From NCBI GenBank assembly GCA_942492995.1, contig OW818653.1, positions 1,350,001 through 1,382,000 of the forward strand: 32,000 nucleotides of DNA, in the 5' to 3' direction. The notes below the pieces were generated by a model. It was not told the origin of the DNA. It searched no databases and saw nothing but the letters and a program-made list of their open reading frames with translations. Below, in pieces: positions 1 through 7,964 of the stretch. The position numbers and the translations under genes were made by a program. This DNA comes from an uncultured Erysipelotrichaceae bacterium (GTDB lineage: Bacteria; Bacillota_I; Bacilli_A; Erysipelotrichales; Erysipelotrichaceae). Every line of letters begins with the position of its first letter. Within the stretch, counting starts at the first letter, position 1.

Positions 1-353
1 CCCAATAATATATCTTGGTTTATAAAGTCAACATCCAACTTCATTGCCTTAGCACTCTCAATCGCACAAGTAATGGCACGTTCATTCACATCAATACCTG
101 TTACATCTAATTCTTTAATTTGATGCTTCAGTAAGAGTGAAATTAATCCATAACCACAACCCATATCCAATACTTTACCGTTCGGAGCATGTTTTAGTAC
201 GTTCTCAACTAGCAACAAAGATCCATCATCTGGCTTTGTCTTCGAGAAAACTCCCGCATCAACTTGCAAAGTATAGAAAATGCCCAAAAACCGGAAAGTT
301 ATTTCCTTCCGGTTATGGGGTAAATTTTCTGAGTTTTTAAAGTAATGTGTCAA
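1..353 (-). CDS. Class I SAM-dependent methyltransferase, YbxB/RsmC-like (N-terminal part only; the gene runs off the left edge)
   Basis: Absent from the ORF track because it is edge-truncated. My minus-strand translation from TTG at 353 gives (M)THYFKNSENLPHNRKEITFRFLGIFYTLQVDAGVFSKTKPDDGSLLLVENVLKHAPNGKVLDMGCGYGLISLLLK..IDVNERAI. It has the GVFS and DxGCGxG SAM-binding motifs. An AAGGGGGG Shine-Dalgarno lies 5 nt upstream. It sits directly after rplL, as ybxB does in B. subtilis. The start codon choice is uncertain. Confidence 0.75.
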   Translation of the reverse strand, partial: MTHYFKNSENLPHNRKEITFRFLGIFYTLQVDAGVFSKTKPDDGSLLLVENVLKHAPNGKVLDMGCGYGLISLLLKHQIKELDVTGIDVNERAITCAIESAKAMKLDVDFINQDILL

Positions 354-394
354 AATGACCCCCCTTCACAACACTAAGTGTTTGTGAAAAAGGA

Positions 395-772
395 TTACTT
401 GATTTCTACAGTTGCGCCAGCTTCTTCTAATTTCTTCTTAACTTCAGCTGCAACTTCTTCGGAAACTTTTTCCTTAATTGCACGTGGTGCTGAGTCAACA
501 ACGCCCTTCGCTTCAACTAAGCCTAAGCCTGTTAATTCACGAACAACTTTGATAACTGCAACTTTGCTTGGTCCAACTTCTTTTAAGATTACATCAACTT
601 CAACTGGTCCAGCTGGAGCTGCTTCTTCAGCTGCTGCTGCTGCTGCAACAGGTGCAGCTGCGGATACGCCGAATTCTTCTTCGATTGCTTTTACTAAGTC
701 ATTCAATTCTAAGATTGTCATTTCCTTTAGGGAAGCAATCACATCTTGTGCATTTAATTTTGCCATGTTCAT
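395..772 (-). CDS. rplL: 50S ribosomal protein L7/L12
   Basis: 125 aa. It has an Ala/Pro-rich hinge ([19 protein letters not shown]) and the C-terminal [20 protein letters not shown] motif. It follows rplJ. Confidence 0.97.
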   Translation of the reverse strand: MNMAKLNAQDVIASLKEMTILELNDLVKAIEEEFGVSAAAPVAAAAAAEEAAPAGPVEVDVILKEVGPSKVAVIKVVRELTGLGLVEAKGVVDSAPRAIKEKVSEEVAAEVKKKLEEAGATVEIK

Positions 773-788
773 TTTCTCCTTGATTAAA

Positions 789-1289
789 TTACGCTTGTTT
801 TTGTTCAGCTACTTGTGAAATCGCATAAGCGAATTTACGAACTGGGGATTGTAACATACCCAAGATCATAGAAATCATGCCTTCGCGACCTGGTAAACTA
901 GCCAATACTTTGATTGTAGCTACATCGACAACTTTGCCTTCAATAACTCCACCTTTTAATACTAAATGCTCATGCTTTTTAGCGAATTTCGCTAATACGC
1001 GCGCTGGCGCTACTGCATCTTTGCTGAATGCAAAGGCATTAGGCCCTTTTAGACTTTCTGCTAAAGCAGCATAACCGAGATCGTTTGCAGCGCGTTCTAC
1101 CATTGAATTCTTATAGACTTTAAAGTCTATACCATCAACTAGTAATGCACGGCGCAATTCGGTAACTTCTTTAACGGATAGCCCGCGATATTCGACGACT
1201 ACGCTTGATGCTGAAGCTTCTAGTTTTTCTTTGACTTCATTAACAACCGCAATTTTACTGTCGATAATCGTTTGGTTCATCTGTTGCAC
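789..1289 (-). CDS. rplJ: 50S ribosomal protein L10
   Basis: 166 aa with a typical L10 sequence ([17 protein letters not shown]). AAGGAGG Shine-Dalgarno upstream. Conserved rplJL pairing. Confidence 0.97.
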   Translation of the reverse strand: MQQMNQTIIDSKIAVVNEVKEKLEASASSVVVEYRGLSVKEVTELRRALLVDGIDFKVYKNSMVERAANDLGYAALAESLKGPNAFAFSKDAVAPARVLAKFAKKHEHLVLKGGVIEGKVVDVATIKVLASLPGREGMISMILGMLQSPVRKFAYAISQVAEQKQA

Positions 1290-1428
1290 CTCCTTGATTT
1301 ACGCAATATCCCAAAATAATAAAACTCACACTAGACAGCGTGAGTAAAAAGATTTTTCTATCTTTTACACCTCGGCAACTTTATTAAGCACTAGGCCGTT
1401 GCTGTCTTTGGTCTATTGAACAGACTTT
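1290..1428 (-). promoter_or_regulatory. rplJ 5' leader (L10-leader type autoregulatory attenuator region)
   Basis: About 130 nt of untranslated leader lie between a TTGACT/TAGAAT promoter and rplJ. The leader contains an intrinsic-terminator-like hairpin just before the Shine-Dalgarno. This location and architecture match the Firmicute L10(L12)4-responsive leader. I did not verify the covariation model. Confidence 0.55.
1311..1345 (-). terminator. Attenuator hairpin inside the rplJ leader
   Basis: Minus strand reads ACTCAC-GCTGTCTAGT-GTGAGT followed by TTTTATTATTTT, about 20 nt before the rplJ Shine-Dalgarno. An upstream AGACAGC is complementary to GCTGTCT in the hairpin and could be an alternative pairing. 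Confidence 0.55.
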
Positions 1429-1456
1429 ATTCTATCAAACTATAAGAATAAGTCAA
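1429..1456 (-). promoter_or_regulatory. Sigma-A type promoter for rplJL
   Basis: Minus strand reads TTGACT, then 16 nt, then TAGAAT, immediately after the rplA terminator. Confidence 0.55.
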
Positions 1457-1480
1457 GAAAAAACGTGTCGATTGACACGT
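1457..1480 (-). terminator. Rho-independent terminator after rplA
   Basis: Minus strand reads ACGTGTC-AATC-GACACGT followed by TTTTTTC, starting 6 nt after the rplA stop. Confidence 0.75.
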
Positions 1481-1486
1481 TTGTTT

Positions 1487-2176
1487 TTAGAATGTTGCGA
1501 CGTCTAATTTAATGCCAGGACCCATTGTTGTAGATAACACTACATTCTTCATGTAGATACCCTTAACAGCAGCAGGACGAGCACGTAAGATTAGGTCATA
1601 GATAACTTTCATGTTTTCTTGAATTTGTTCATCAGTGAATGAAAGTTTTCCAACTAACACACCAATGTTTCCTTCTTTATCAACACGGTATTCAACTTTA
1701 CCTTTTTTGATATCGTTAACAGCTTTAGTAACATCCATAGTAACTGTACCTGTTTTAGGGTTTGGCATTAAGCCCTTAGGACCTAAGATCTTACCTAATT
1801 TACCAAGTTCAGCCATCATGTCTGGAGTTGCGACGATAACATCGAAATCAAACCAACCGCCTTTGATCTTTTCTAAGATTTCTTTGTTCCCAACGAAATC
1901 TGCACCAGCATCAAGAGCTTCTTTTTCCTTAGGACCTTGAGTAACAACTAATACGCGTTGTGTACGTCCAGTACCGTGAGGTAATACAACAGCACCACGG
2001 ATTTGTTGATCCGCATGACGTGGATCCACGTTTAGACGGAATGACAATTCTACAGATGCATTAAATTTTGTGAAATCAGCTTTGCGAGCTAACGCAATAG
2101 CATCTACCACTGGATACACAATATTACGATCAACTAGTGAAGCTGCCGCAACGTATTTTTTACCTTGTTTTGCCAT
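1487..2176 (-). CDS. rplA: 50S ribosomal protein L1
   Basis: 229 aa with a typical L1 sequence ([18 protein letters not shown]). Follows rplK by 9 nt. Confidence 0.97.
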   Translation of the reverse strand: MAKQGKKYVAAASLVDRNIVYPVVDAIALARKADFTKFNASVELSFRLNVDPRHADQQIRGAVVLPHGTGRTQRVLVVTQGPKEKEALDAGADFVGNKEILEKIKGGWFDFDVIVATPDMMAELGKLGKILGPKGLMPNPKTGTVTMDVTKAVNDIKKGKVEYRVDKEGNIGVLVGKLSFTDEQIQENMKVIYDLILRARPAAVKGIYMKNVVLSTTMGPGIKLDVATF

Positions 2177-2185
2177 GTTGACCTC

Positions 2186-2608
2186 CTATTTGTCGTAGCC
2201 TTCGATAACAATGCCCATATTACGAGCAGTACCCGCAACAATAGCCATTGCACCCTCAACGTCATTTGCGTTAAGATCAGGCAATTTGTATTCAGCAATT
2301 TTTCTTAATTCTTCAACAGAGATTTTTCCAACCTTTGTTACTTTTGAACTTCCAGAACCTTTTTCAACTTTTGCAGCCTTCTTTAATAGGTTAGCAGCAG
2401 GTGTTGTTTTTAAAACAAACGTAAATGATTTGTCTTCAAATGCTGTGATGATAACTGGGACAATGTCTCCAGCACGATCACGTGTTGCGTCATTAAATGC
2501 AGCACAGAATTGTGGCATGTTTACGCTAGCAGATGCCAAAGCAGGGCCTGGACGCGCAGCGCCGGCAGCGAATTGTAGCTTGACAACTTTTGCAATTTTC
2601 TTACTCAC
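2186..2608 (-). CDS. rplK: 50S ribosomal protein L11 (GTG start)
   Basis: 140 aa with the L11 N-terminal motif KLQFAAGAARPGPALA. The start is GTG, 8 nt after AGGAGG. Confidence 0.96.
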   Translation of the reverse strand: MSKKIAKVVKLQFAAGAARPGPALASASVNMPQFCAAFNDATRDRAGDIVPVIITAFEDKSFTFVLKTTPAANLLKKAAKVEKGSGSSKVTKVGKISVEELRKIAEYKLPDLNANDVEGAMAIVAGTARNMGIVIEGYDK

Positions 2609-2695
2609 TAGTCATTCCTCCTTTTTGAATGGTAGCCGCGGTTAAATTGGATGATAACTCATCCTCCCACGGATTTGCCTTTTATAGGCTTTCTC

Positions 2696-2724
2696 ATTAT
2701 ATGATTAAGTCCTTTGAGTGTCAA
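2696..2724 (-). promoter_or_regulatory. Consensus sigma-A promoter for rplKA
   Basis: Minus strand reads TTGACA, then 17 nt (ctcaaaggacttaatca), then TATAAT. Both hexamers are perfect. It lies 30 nt after the flavodoxin stop and leaves a leader of about 80 nt before rplK. Confidence 0.7.
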
Positions 2725-2753
2725 GAATGTTCTTTATCTCAATTGAGTTTCAA

Positions 2754-3227
2754 CTACATTACTTTATCTAACCAAGCTTTAATACTTGAATCGGAATCTT
2801 TTACTTTACTGCCACGTATTGCTAAACCATCCTTCACAATCGCTGTTGGCACAACCTTTTTGATATCTTCAACACTTGTACTTAACTCACTACCTTCATG
2901 CGTACAGAACGGTAATATCGTTTTACCAGTGAAGTCATATTGCTCTAAGAACGCATAAGTTGCCATAGGACAGGTATACCACCACATTGGATAACCTATT
3001 ACAATCACATCATAGTCAGCAAAGTTTTCAACTTTATTAACTAATTCAGGTCGATAGTGATCAGTGAATTCTTTCTTAGCTTGATCAACAACCAAGTTAT
3101 ATTTCACAGGATAAATATCTACTGTCTTCATTTCGAATAGATCACCGTTTAATTGTTTACTTATCTTCTCTGCGACTGTCTTTGTATTTCCAGAATGTGT
3201 AAAATACGTTACTAATACTTTCTTCAT
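2754..3227 (-). CDS. Flavodoxin-family protein (short-chain, FMN-binding)
   Basis: 157 aa. N-terminal MKKVLVTYFTHSGNTK phosphate-binding loop and a later VIVIGYPMWW segment, both typical of Flavodoxin_4-like proteins. GAGGAGG Shine-Dalgarno. Confidence 0.85.
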   Translation of the reverse strand: MKKVLVTYFTHSGNTKTVAEKISKQLNGDLFEMKTVDIYPVKYNLVVDQAKKEFTDHYRPELVNKVENFADYDVIVIGYPMWWYTCPMATYAFLEQYDFTGKTILPFCTHEGSELSTSVEDIKKVVPTAIVKDGLAIRGSKVKDSDSSIKAWLDKVM

Positions 3228-3274
3228 ACTGCCTCCTCAAGTCATATCAAGTAGTTTACTTAATAGTTAAGCAT

Positions 3275-3305
3275 ATTCTAATACTTAGAGTTAACTCCAA
3301 GTCAA
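3275..3305 (-). promoter_or_regulatory. MerR-type promoter: 19-nt spacer containing a 20-nt dyad
   Basis: Minus strand reads TTGACT-tggagttaactctaagtat-TAGAAT, and I counted the spacer as 19 nt. The dyad ACTTGGAGTTAACTCTAAGT is 18/20 symmetric. It spans from the last 3 nt of the -35 to 2 nt before the -10. Confidence 0.55.
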
Positions 3306-3308
3306 GTA

Positions 3309-3680
3309 TTATTCAATATCTTTTAATCTTAACATCGAATATGTTTCATCTAAGGCAATATTTCCATTCGCTATTAGTTTATGTTTCTCTTGTGTATACG
3401 CAAATAAAATATCTCGGTTAATACCTGGTTTTAGTGTTTTTGACACCTTTGGATAGACCAACCAAATATTTGATCCTTTTTTACGTTTAGATTTTAATTC
3501 ATCCACACATTTATCCACATCTTTTAAAGCTAACACTAATCCCATTACGACATCCGCATCAGTACTAACAATTTCTATCATCGATTGATTACTAAGATAC
3601 GTTTCTAATATTCCATCCTTATCCACAAAAGCTAATTTCATACCTGGTTTTATATGCATCTTCTTAAAGATTGTTTCCAT
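3309..3680 (-). CDS. Small conserved hypothetical protein, DUF3052-like
   Basis: I trimmed the track ORF 3309..3812 to the internal ATG at 3680 (METIFKKMHIKPGMKLAF...). That ATG has a GGTGA Shine-Dalgarno and lies just past the nusG terminator. The IKPG...IWLVYPK...SMLRLK pattern resembles DUF3052. The family call is from memory only. Confidence 0.55.
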   Translation of the reverse strand: METIFKKMHIKPGMKLAFVDKDGILETYLSNQSMIEIVSTDADVVMGLVLALKDVDKCVDELKSKRKKGSNIWLVYPKVSKTLKPGINRDILFAYTQEKHKLIANGNIALDETYSMLRLKDIE

Positions 3681-3691
3681 ACGTTCACCGA

Positions 3692-3719
3692 TAAAAAAAT
3701 ATACCCTTTCGGGTATATT
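3692..3719 (-). terminator. Rho-independent terminator after nusG
   Basis: Minus strand reads ATATACCC-GAAA-GGGTATAT followed by TTTTTTTA. It begins inside the nusG stop codon. Confidence 0.75.
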
Positions 3720-4263
3720 ATAATATTTTTTCCAAATCCATGTAGGATATTTCAGTTGGCGTCTCACGGCCGAATAAGGTAGTAAGTACAATTGCGGATT
3801 GTGATTCATCATTCATACTTTCCACAACACCTTCTAAACCACTGAAAGGACCATTTAGAATACGTACATGATTATTAACTTCGAAGTTAACCACCACTTT
3901 GTTTTCACTTAATCCTAGACGTCTAAAGATTGTTTCGATTTCTTCTGGAGAAACTGGGAACGGTTTAGCACCACCACCTGATGATCCGATAAATCCGGTT
4001 ACACCTGGGGTATTACGAACAACATACCAAGCTTCATCTGTCATAATCATTTCTACGAATAAGTAACCAGGAAATAGGTTTCTCATTCTTTCAACTTTTT
4101 TACCGTTTTTGATTTCGATTTCAGATTCTTCCGCAACTAAAATTCTAAATAAGTTGTTTTCGATTCCCATCGTTTCAACACGACGTTGAAGATTTTCTTT
4201 TACGCGGTTTTCATGACCAGCGTAGGTATTGACCACATACCACTCTTTTACGATATCTTCCAT
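3718..4263 (-). CDS. nusG: Transcription termination/antitermination factor NusG
   Basis: 181 aa. NGN domain (WYVVNTYAGHENRVKENL) and a KOW domain in the C-terminal third (NFEVNNHVRILNGPFSGLEG). Follows secE by 1 nt. Confidence 0.95.
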   Translation of the reverse strand: MEDIVKEWYVVNTYAGHENRVKENLQRRVETMGIENNLFRILVAEESEIEIKNGKKVERMRNLFPGYLFVEMIMTDEAWYVVRNTPGVTGFIGSSGGGAKPFPVSPEEIETIFRRLGLSENKVVVNFEVNNHVRILNGPFSGLEGVVESMNDESQSAIVLTTLFGRETPTEISYMDLEKIL

Positions 4264-4264
4264 C

Positions 4265-4450
4265 TTAGACTCCGATACCGATTAGTCTTAAAAAGTACGC
4301 AATCGCTGCTTCACTTATTACGAAAAAAGTTCCAAAGAAAACGATGAATACGATAACCACAACACTGCTGTGGAGTATTTCATCTTGCTTCGGCCAGCGA
4401 ATACGCTTAATTTCTGTAAATATGCCTGAGAGACTGAACCATTTCAACAT
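4265..4450 (-). CDS. secE: Preprotein translocase subunit SecE
   Basis: 61 aa with a single TM helix preceded by the EIKRIRWP motif. Lies between rpmG and nusG. Confidence 0.9.
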   Translation of the reverse strand: MLKWFSLSGIFTEIKRIRWPKQDEILHSSVVVIVFIVFFGTFFVISEAAIAYFLRLIGIGV

Positions 4451-4461
4451 TTTCTCTCCTC

Positions 4462-4620
4462 CTACTTCGTTTCTTTGTGTAAAGTTTGTTTATTACAATG
4501 CTTACAAAATTTCATTAATTCTAATCTTTCTGTCGCATTGGCTTTATTACGTGAAGTGTTGTAATTACGAGATAAACACACAGTGCACGTTAAAATGACA
4601 TGCTTTGCTTTGTCTGCCAT
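4462..4620 (-). CDS. rpmG: 50S ribosomal protein L33 (Zn-ribbon, four-Cys form)
   Basis: Below the ORF-track size cutoff, so translated by hand: [52 protein letters not shown] (52 aa, TAG stop at 4462-4464). GGAG Shine-Dalgarno. Canonical position before secE. Confidence 0.9.
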   Translation of the reverse strand: MADKAKHVILTCTVCLSRNYNTSRNKANATERLELMKFCKHCNKQTLHKETK

Positions 4621-4664
4621 ATCATCACTCCATTTCTTGCTTTATAACTCTATCACAAGCACTA

Positions 4665-5282
4665 TTAGGTGTCAAACATGACTCTTACTTTCTTTTTTAT
4701 TTTCTGAATGATATTATCCACATCTTTTTCAGTTAGTCCAAATTCTTTACTTATTTCTTTATAACTATAGCCAAGATGATGTTTTTGATAGACCTTCCAT
4801 TGAATATCAGGAATACTTTCACGAATCATTGGGATCTGTTCTTTAGCCCATGATATATGCGCTAAATAAACTGGATCATAATTCTTTTGATTACTTGATA
4901 TCGTATCCATTAAACAAAGATTGTCATCGTCTGATATTGGCATATCAAGTGATATCGCTGTACTTAATAATCGATAATTGAGTGATCTTTGTTTCCTTAA
5001 GTATGTCCTAATCTCATTTTCGATACATTTATTCGCATAACTAACAAATAGTATATTTCGTGTAGCATCAAAATGTTCAACCGCATGCATCAATCCTAAC
5101 AATCCTTCTTGATATAAATCTTCTACATCAATATCACTTGGGATAGGAGATTTAACTAATTTATGAATAATCGCCCATATACTTCGACGATACCTTTGAA
5201 TAAGCTCGTCTACATATTCTTCCTCTGATTTATTATTTCTTATTAAAGACACTAGTTCATAATCTCTGGAATGATCTGTCAT
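4665..5282 (-). CDS. sigH: Sigma-70 family alternative sigma factor, SigH-like
   Basis: 205 aa. Region 2 (DLYQEGLLGLMHAVEHFD) and a region 4 HTH (YSYKEISKEFGLTEKDVDNIIQKIKKK). Conserved position between rlmB and rpmG-secE-nusG, as for B. subtilis sigH. Confidence 0.75.
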   Translation of the reverse strand: MTDHSRDYELVSLIRNNKSEEEYVDELIQRYRRSIWAIIHKLVKSPIPSDIDVEDLYQEGLLGLMHAVEHFDATRNILFVSYANKCIENEIRTYLRKQRSLNYRLLSTAISLDMPISDDDNLCLMDTISSNQKNYDPVYLAHISWAKEQIPMIRESIPDIQWKVYQKHHLGYSYKEISKEFGLTEKDVDNIIQKIKKKVRVMFDT

Positions 5283-5296
5283 TCCTTTCCTCCTTT

Positions 5297-6016
5297 TTAT
5301 ATGAGGGGATTACGTTGATTAAGTACTTCGTACATCAATAAAGCTGCACTAACCGAAGCGTTAAGAGAATTAATTTCTCCATACATTGGAATTTTAATTA
5401 CTTGGTCACAGTTCTTTAAAACTAACCGAGATATCCCCTTACCCTCGGAACCTATCACAAGAGCTACACGACCTTGATATTTAATGGAACGATAATCTAC
5501 CGCATCTGCAGTAAATTCGCTACCATAGACCCAAAACTTATGTTTCTTAAGTGTTTCAATCGTTTGAGTTAAATTAGTCACCATAATTGTTCTAACTGTT
5601 TCAATTGCACCAGTTGAAACTTTCGCAACTGTACCATTAAGTTGAACAGAACCATTCTTAGGTATTACAATCGCATCTACTTGACTCGCATCTGCAGTAC
5701 GTAGAATAGCTCCTAAATTATGGGGATCTTCAAGTCCATCCAATATAACGATTGTGGCATTATCTGATAAAGTGTTCAGAACCTCTTCGAGTGAATATGT
5801 TTTATAGTCATCAATTTCAGCAATTACGCCTTGGTGATTACCATCATATTTACTTAATTCTTTATCATCACAATATTTAATTGGTATGTGTGCTTCTTTT
5901 GCCATCTCAATAAACTCTTTTGCAGGATGACTCTTGCTTAAGAGTAATAGATGTATTTTCTTGTGGTTTAGGATTCGTTGCTTAACAACATTTTTCCCAT
6001 AGATGTATTGTGCCAT
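5297..6016 (-). CDS. rlmB: TrmH/SpoU-family 23S rRNA 2'-O-ribose methyltransferase (RlmB/YacO type)
   Basis: 239 aa. SpoU motifs (LDGLEDPHNLGAILRTA, LVIGSEGKGIS, IPMYGEINSLNASVSAAL). Synteny with mrnC and sigH. Confidence 0.85.
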   Translation of the reverse strand: MAQYIYGKNVVKQRILNHKKIHLLLLSKSHPAKEFIEMAKEAHIPIKYCDDKELSKYDGNHQGVIAEIDDYKTYSLEEVLNTLSDNATIVILDGLEDPHNLGAILRTADASQVDAIVIPKNGSVQLNGTVAKVSTGAIETVRTIMVTNLTQTIETLKKHKFWVYGSEFTADAVDYRSIKYQGRVALVIGSEGKGISRLVLKNCDQVIKIPMYGEINSLNASVSAALLMYEVLNQRNPLI

Positions 6017-6157
6017 AATTCTCCTAGATGATTGTTTTCAATTAGTGCCAGTTTAGTGCCTGAATTGTGATTTAATTGTACAATATTTAGTACAGTTTTT
6101 GTATTACTTTAAACGATTATACACGTATTCTTATATTTACTTAAGAAATATAAGAAC

Positions 6158-6556
6158 CTATTCTCCAATAGGTTCTTTATCAATTGTATTCTTCATTTCT
6201 TCCCAGATTTGTAATAGTCGTACATGATTATCTGTTAGATACAAATAACCAAGTAATGCTTCAAAACCAGTTGATTGTCGATATGTCACAATATCCGCAT
6301 TCTTTGCTTTCGTATCACTTTTATGATTGCGTCCACGTAAGAATAGTTTAACTTCATGTTCGGATAAGAAATTATCTGCTAGAAGCTTCTGAATAAACTT
6401 AGCTTGTGCATTTGCACTAACAAACTTTATACTTCTTTCTTGAAGTTCTTTTGTTTTTGTAATACCAAGTTTAACTAAATAATCTCTTACATAAAGCGAT
6501 AGAATCGCATCTCCTACAAACGCTAATGTACTACCATTGAGTAATTCTGGATTCAT
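6158..6556 (-). CDS. mrnC: Mini-ribonuclease 3
   Basis: 132 aa with the RNase III-like signature LAFVGDAILSLYVR. Overlaps the cysS stop by 4 nt, as in the cysS-mrnC arrangement of Bacillus. Confidence 0.85.
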   Translation of the reverse strand: MNPELLNGSTLAFVGDAILSLYVRDYLVKLGITKTKELQERSIKFVSANAQAKFIQKLLADNFLSEHEVKLFLRGRNHKSDTKAKNADIVTYRQSTGFEALLGYLYLTDNHVRLLQIWEEMKNTIDKEPIGE

Positions 6557-7884
6557 ACGAGTACATTTTCATTGATTAATTCTTGACGATACGTATCCGC
6601 TAATTCAAAGTCTTTATTCTCTTTAGCTTGGTTCCATAGTTTATATAAATCTAATTGACGTTCATTTAACACTGTTACTTCATGTTTAATCCCAAATACA
6701 TCCAACATTTTCATTAGATCATGATAATGTACTCTTAGCTCGTCTTTAAGCTCTTTAGAGCGTATTAACGCATTAATTGACTTAATCACATCAAAGATAG
6801 ATTTCATCGCATTAGGCGTATTTAAATCATCTTGCATCGCATCTAAGAATAATGTGAAGTGATTTGAAGTTAATTCAGTTGTTAAATCATAGTTCGCTAA
6901 TTGACTCTTGATTTCAACTTGCTTAAGTACAGCTAACGCTTTATTGACTTCAACTCGTGCTGTCTCAATGACTTCATCTGTTATATTAATCGGTGCTCTA
7001 TAATGTGCACTTAACATCATCCAACGTACGACATTACCACCTAATAGTTTAATCACATCTTTCGCAACCATTACGTTACCTAAAGATTTACTCATCTTCT
7101 CTCCATCAATGTTTAACATACCATTGTGCATCCATACATTGGCTAATGAGTGATTGAAACATGCTCTACTTTGCGCTACTTCATTCTCATGATGTGGGAA
7201 CTTAAGATCCATTCCTCCTCCATGAATGTCTATCATATGATGGAAATGATCGTGAATCATGACCACACACTCAGTATGCCATCCCGGTCTTCCTTTACCC
7301 CATGGTGAATCCCATTGAATACCATCTTCGGTTTTCTTCCATAAAGTAAAATCAAGTGGATTTTCTTTCTCACTCTCAGCCTCTATACGAGCCCCAACAA
7401 GTAAATCTTCTATTTTTTGTTTAGAGATTTCTCCATAATGTTCAGCTTTTTCTACTCTAAAGTAGACATTCCCATTCACATTATACGCATATCCTTTATT
7501 CACTAAATCCGCAATAAATTCGACAATTTCAGGAATTGTCTCAGTTACTTTAGGATTTGTTAGAACAGGAAGTGTATTAAGTGATTGTCTAACACTCTCA
7601 TATGCGTCAATATAACGTTTCGTAATAACCGTCTCATCGACATTTTCTTTAATTGCTTTCGCAATAATCTTATCATCCACATCGGTATAATTCGACGCAA
7701 AATCTACCGTATAATTCAATGCACTAAAAACACGTCGCAATGTATCAAAGATAATTATTGGTCGCGTATTTCCAATGTGTGCATCACCATAAACCGTTGG
7801 TCCACACACATACATTGTTACTTCATTTTCTTTTATTGGTTTAAATACTTCTATCTGATTTGTTTTTGTATTAAAAAGCTTCAT
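6553..7884 (-). CDS. cysS: Cysteine--tRNA ligase
   Basis: 443 aa. HIGN motif (DAHIGNTRP) and KMSKS motif (GEKMSKSLGN). AAGGTGA Shine-Dalgarno. Confidence 0.96.
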   Translation of the reverse strand: MKLFNTKTNQIEVFKPIKENEVTMYVCGPTVYGDAHIGNTRPIIIFDTLRRVFSALNYTVDFASNYTDVDDKIIAKAIKENVDETVITKRYIDAYESVRQSLNTLPVLTNPKVTETIPEIVEFIADLVNKGYAYNVNGNVYFRVEKAEHYGEISKQKIEDLLVGARIEAESEKENPLDFTLWKKTEDGIQWDSPWGKGRPGWHTECVVMIHDHFHHMIDIHGGGMDLKFPHHENEVAQSRACFNHSLANVWMHNGMLNIDGEKMSKSLGNVMVAKDVIKLLGGNVVRWMMLSAHYRAPINITDEVIETARVEVNKALAVLKQVEIKSQLANYDLTTELTSNHFTLFLDAMQDDLNTPNAMKSIFDVIKSINALIRSKELKDELRVHYHDLMKMLDVFGIKHEVTVLNERQLDLYKLWNQAKENKDFELADTYRQELINENVLV

Positions 7885-7902
7885 AGTTTCACCTTGTATT
7901 TT

Positions 7903-7911
7903 ATTATAACA
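7903..7911 (-). promoter_or_regulatory. Candidate extended -10 element (TGtTATAAT) for cysS
   Basis: Minus strand reads TGTTATAAT, 18 nt upstream of the cysS ATG. There is no convincing -35. It implies a very short leader. Confidence 0.35.
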
Positions 7912-7964
7912 TTTCTCTTATTATTTAGAACTCATGTCATTCATTTTTATGTTAGGATATACCT

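Noticed and set aside
286-315. Hairpin CCGGAA-ggaaataact-TTCCGG followed by TTTTT on the minus strand. At first it looked like the rplL terminator.
   Set aside because: It lies inside the reading frame of the YbxB-like methyltransferase (codons for ..NRKEITFRFLG..). That N-terminus aligns with the conserved HY[YF]...F.F...GVFS start of the family. The stem is only 6 bp. At most it is an intragenic attenuator, and I do not call it.
378-818. Plus-strand ORFs 378..818 (146 aa) and 568..783 (71 aa), which are Ala/Ser/Leu-rich.
   Set aside because: They are antisense to rplL. Their low-complexity composition mirrors the GCN-rich L7/L12 hinge. They have no Shine-Dalgarno, and the minus strand holds a universally conserved gene.
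3681-3812. The N-terminal 44 aa of track ORF 3309..3812, which overlap the 3' end of nusG.
   Set aside because: This extension would run through the nusG terminator and overlap nusG by 95 nt in another frame. The internal ATG at 3680 has its own Shine-Dalgarno and gives a DUF3052-like N-terminus.
7885-7964. An expected T-box leader upstream of cysS.
   Set aside because: Only 80 nt separate cysS from the divergent gene. There is no specifier/terminator architecture and no T-box sequence. The candidate -10 is 18 nt from the ATG.
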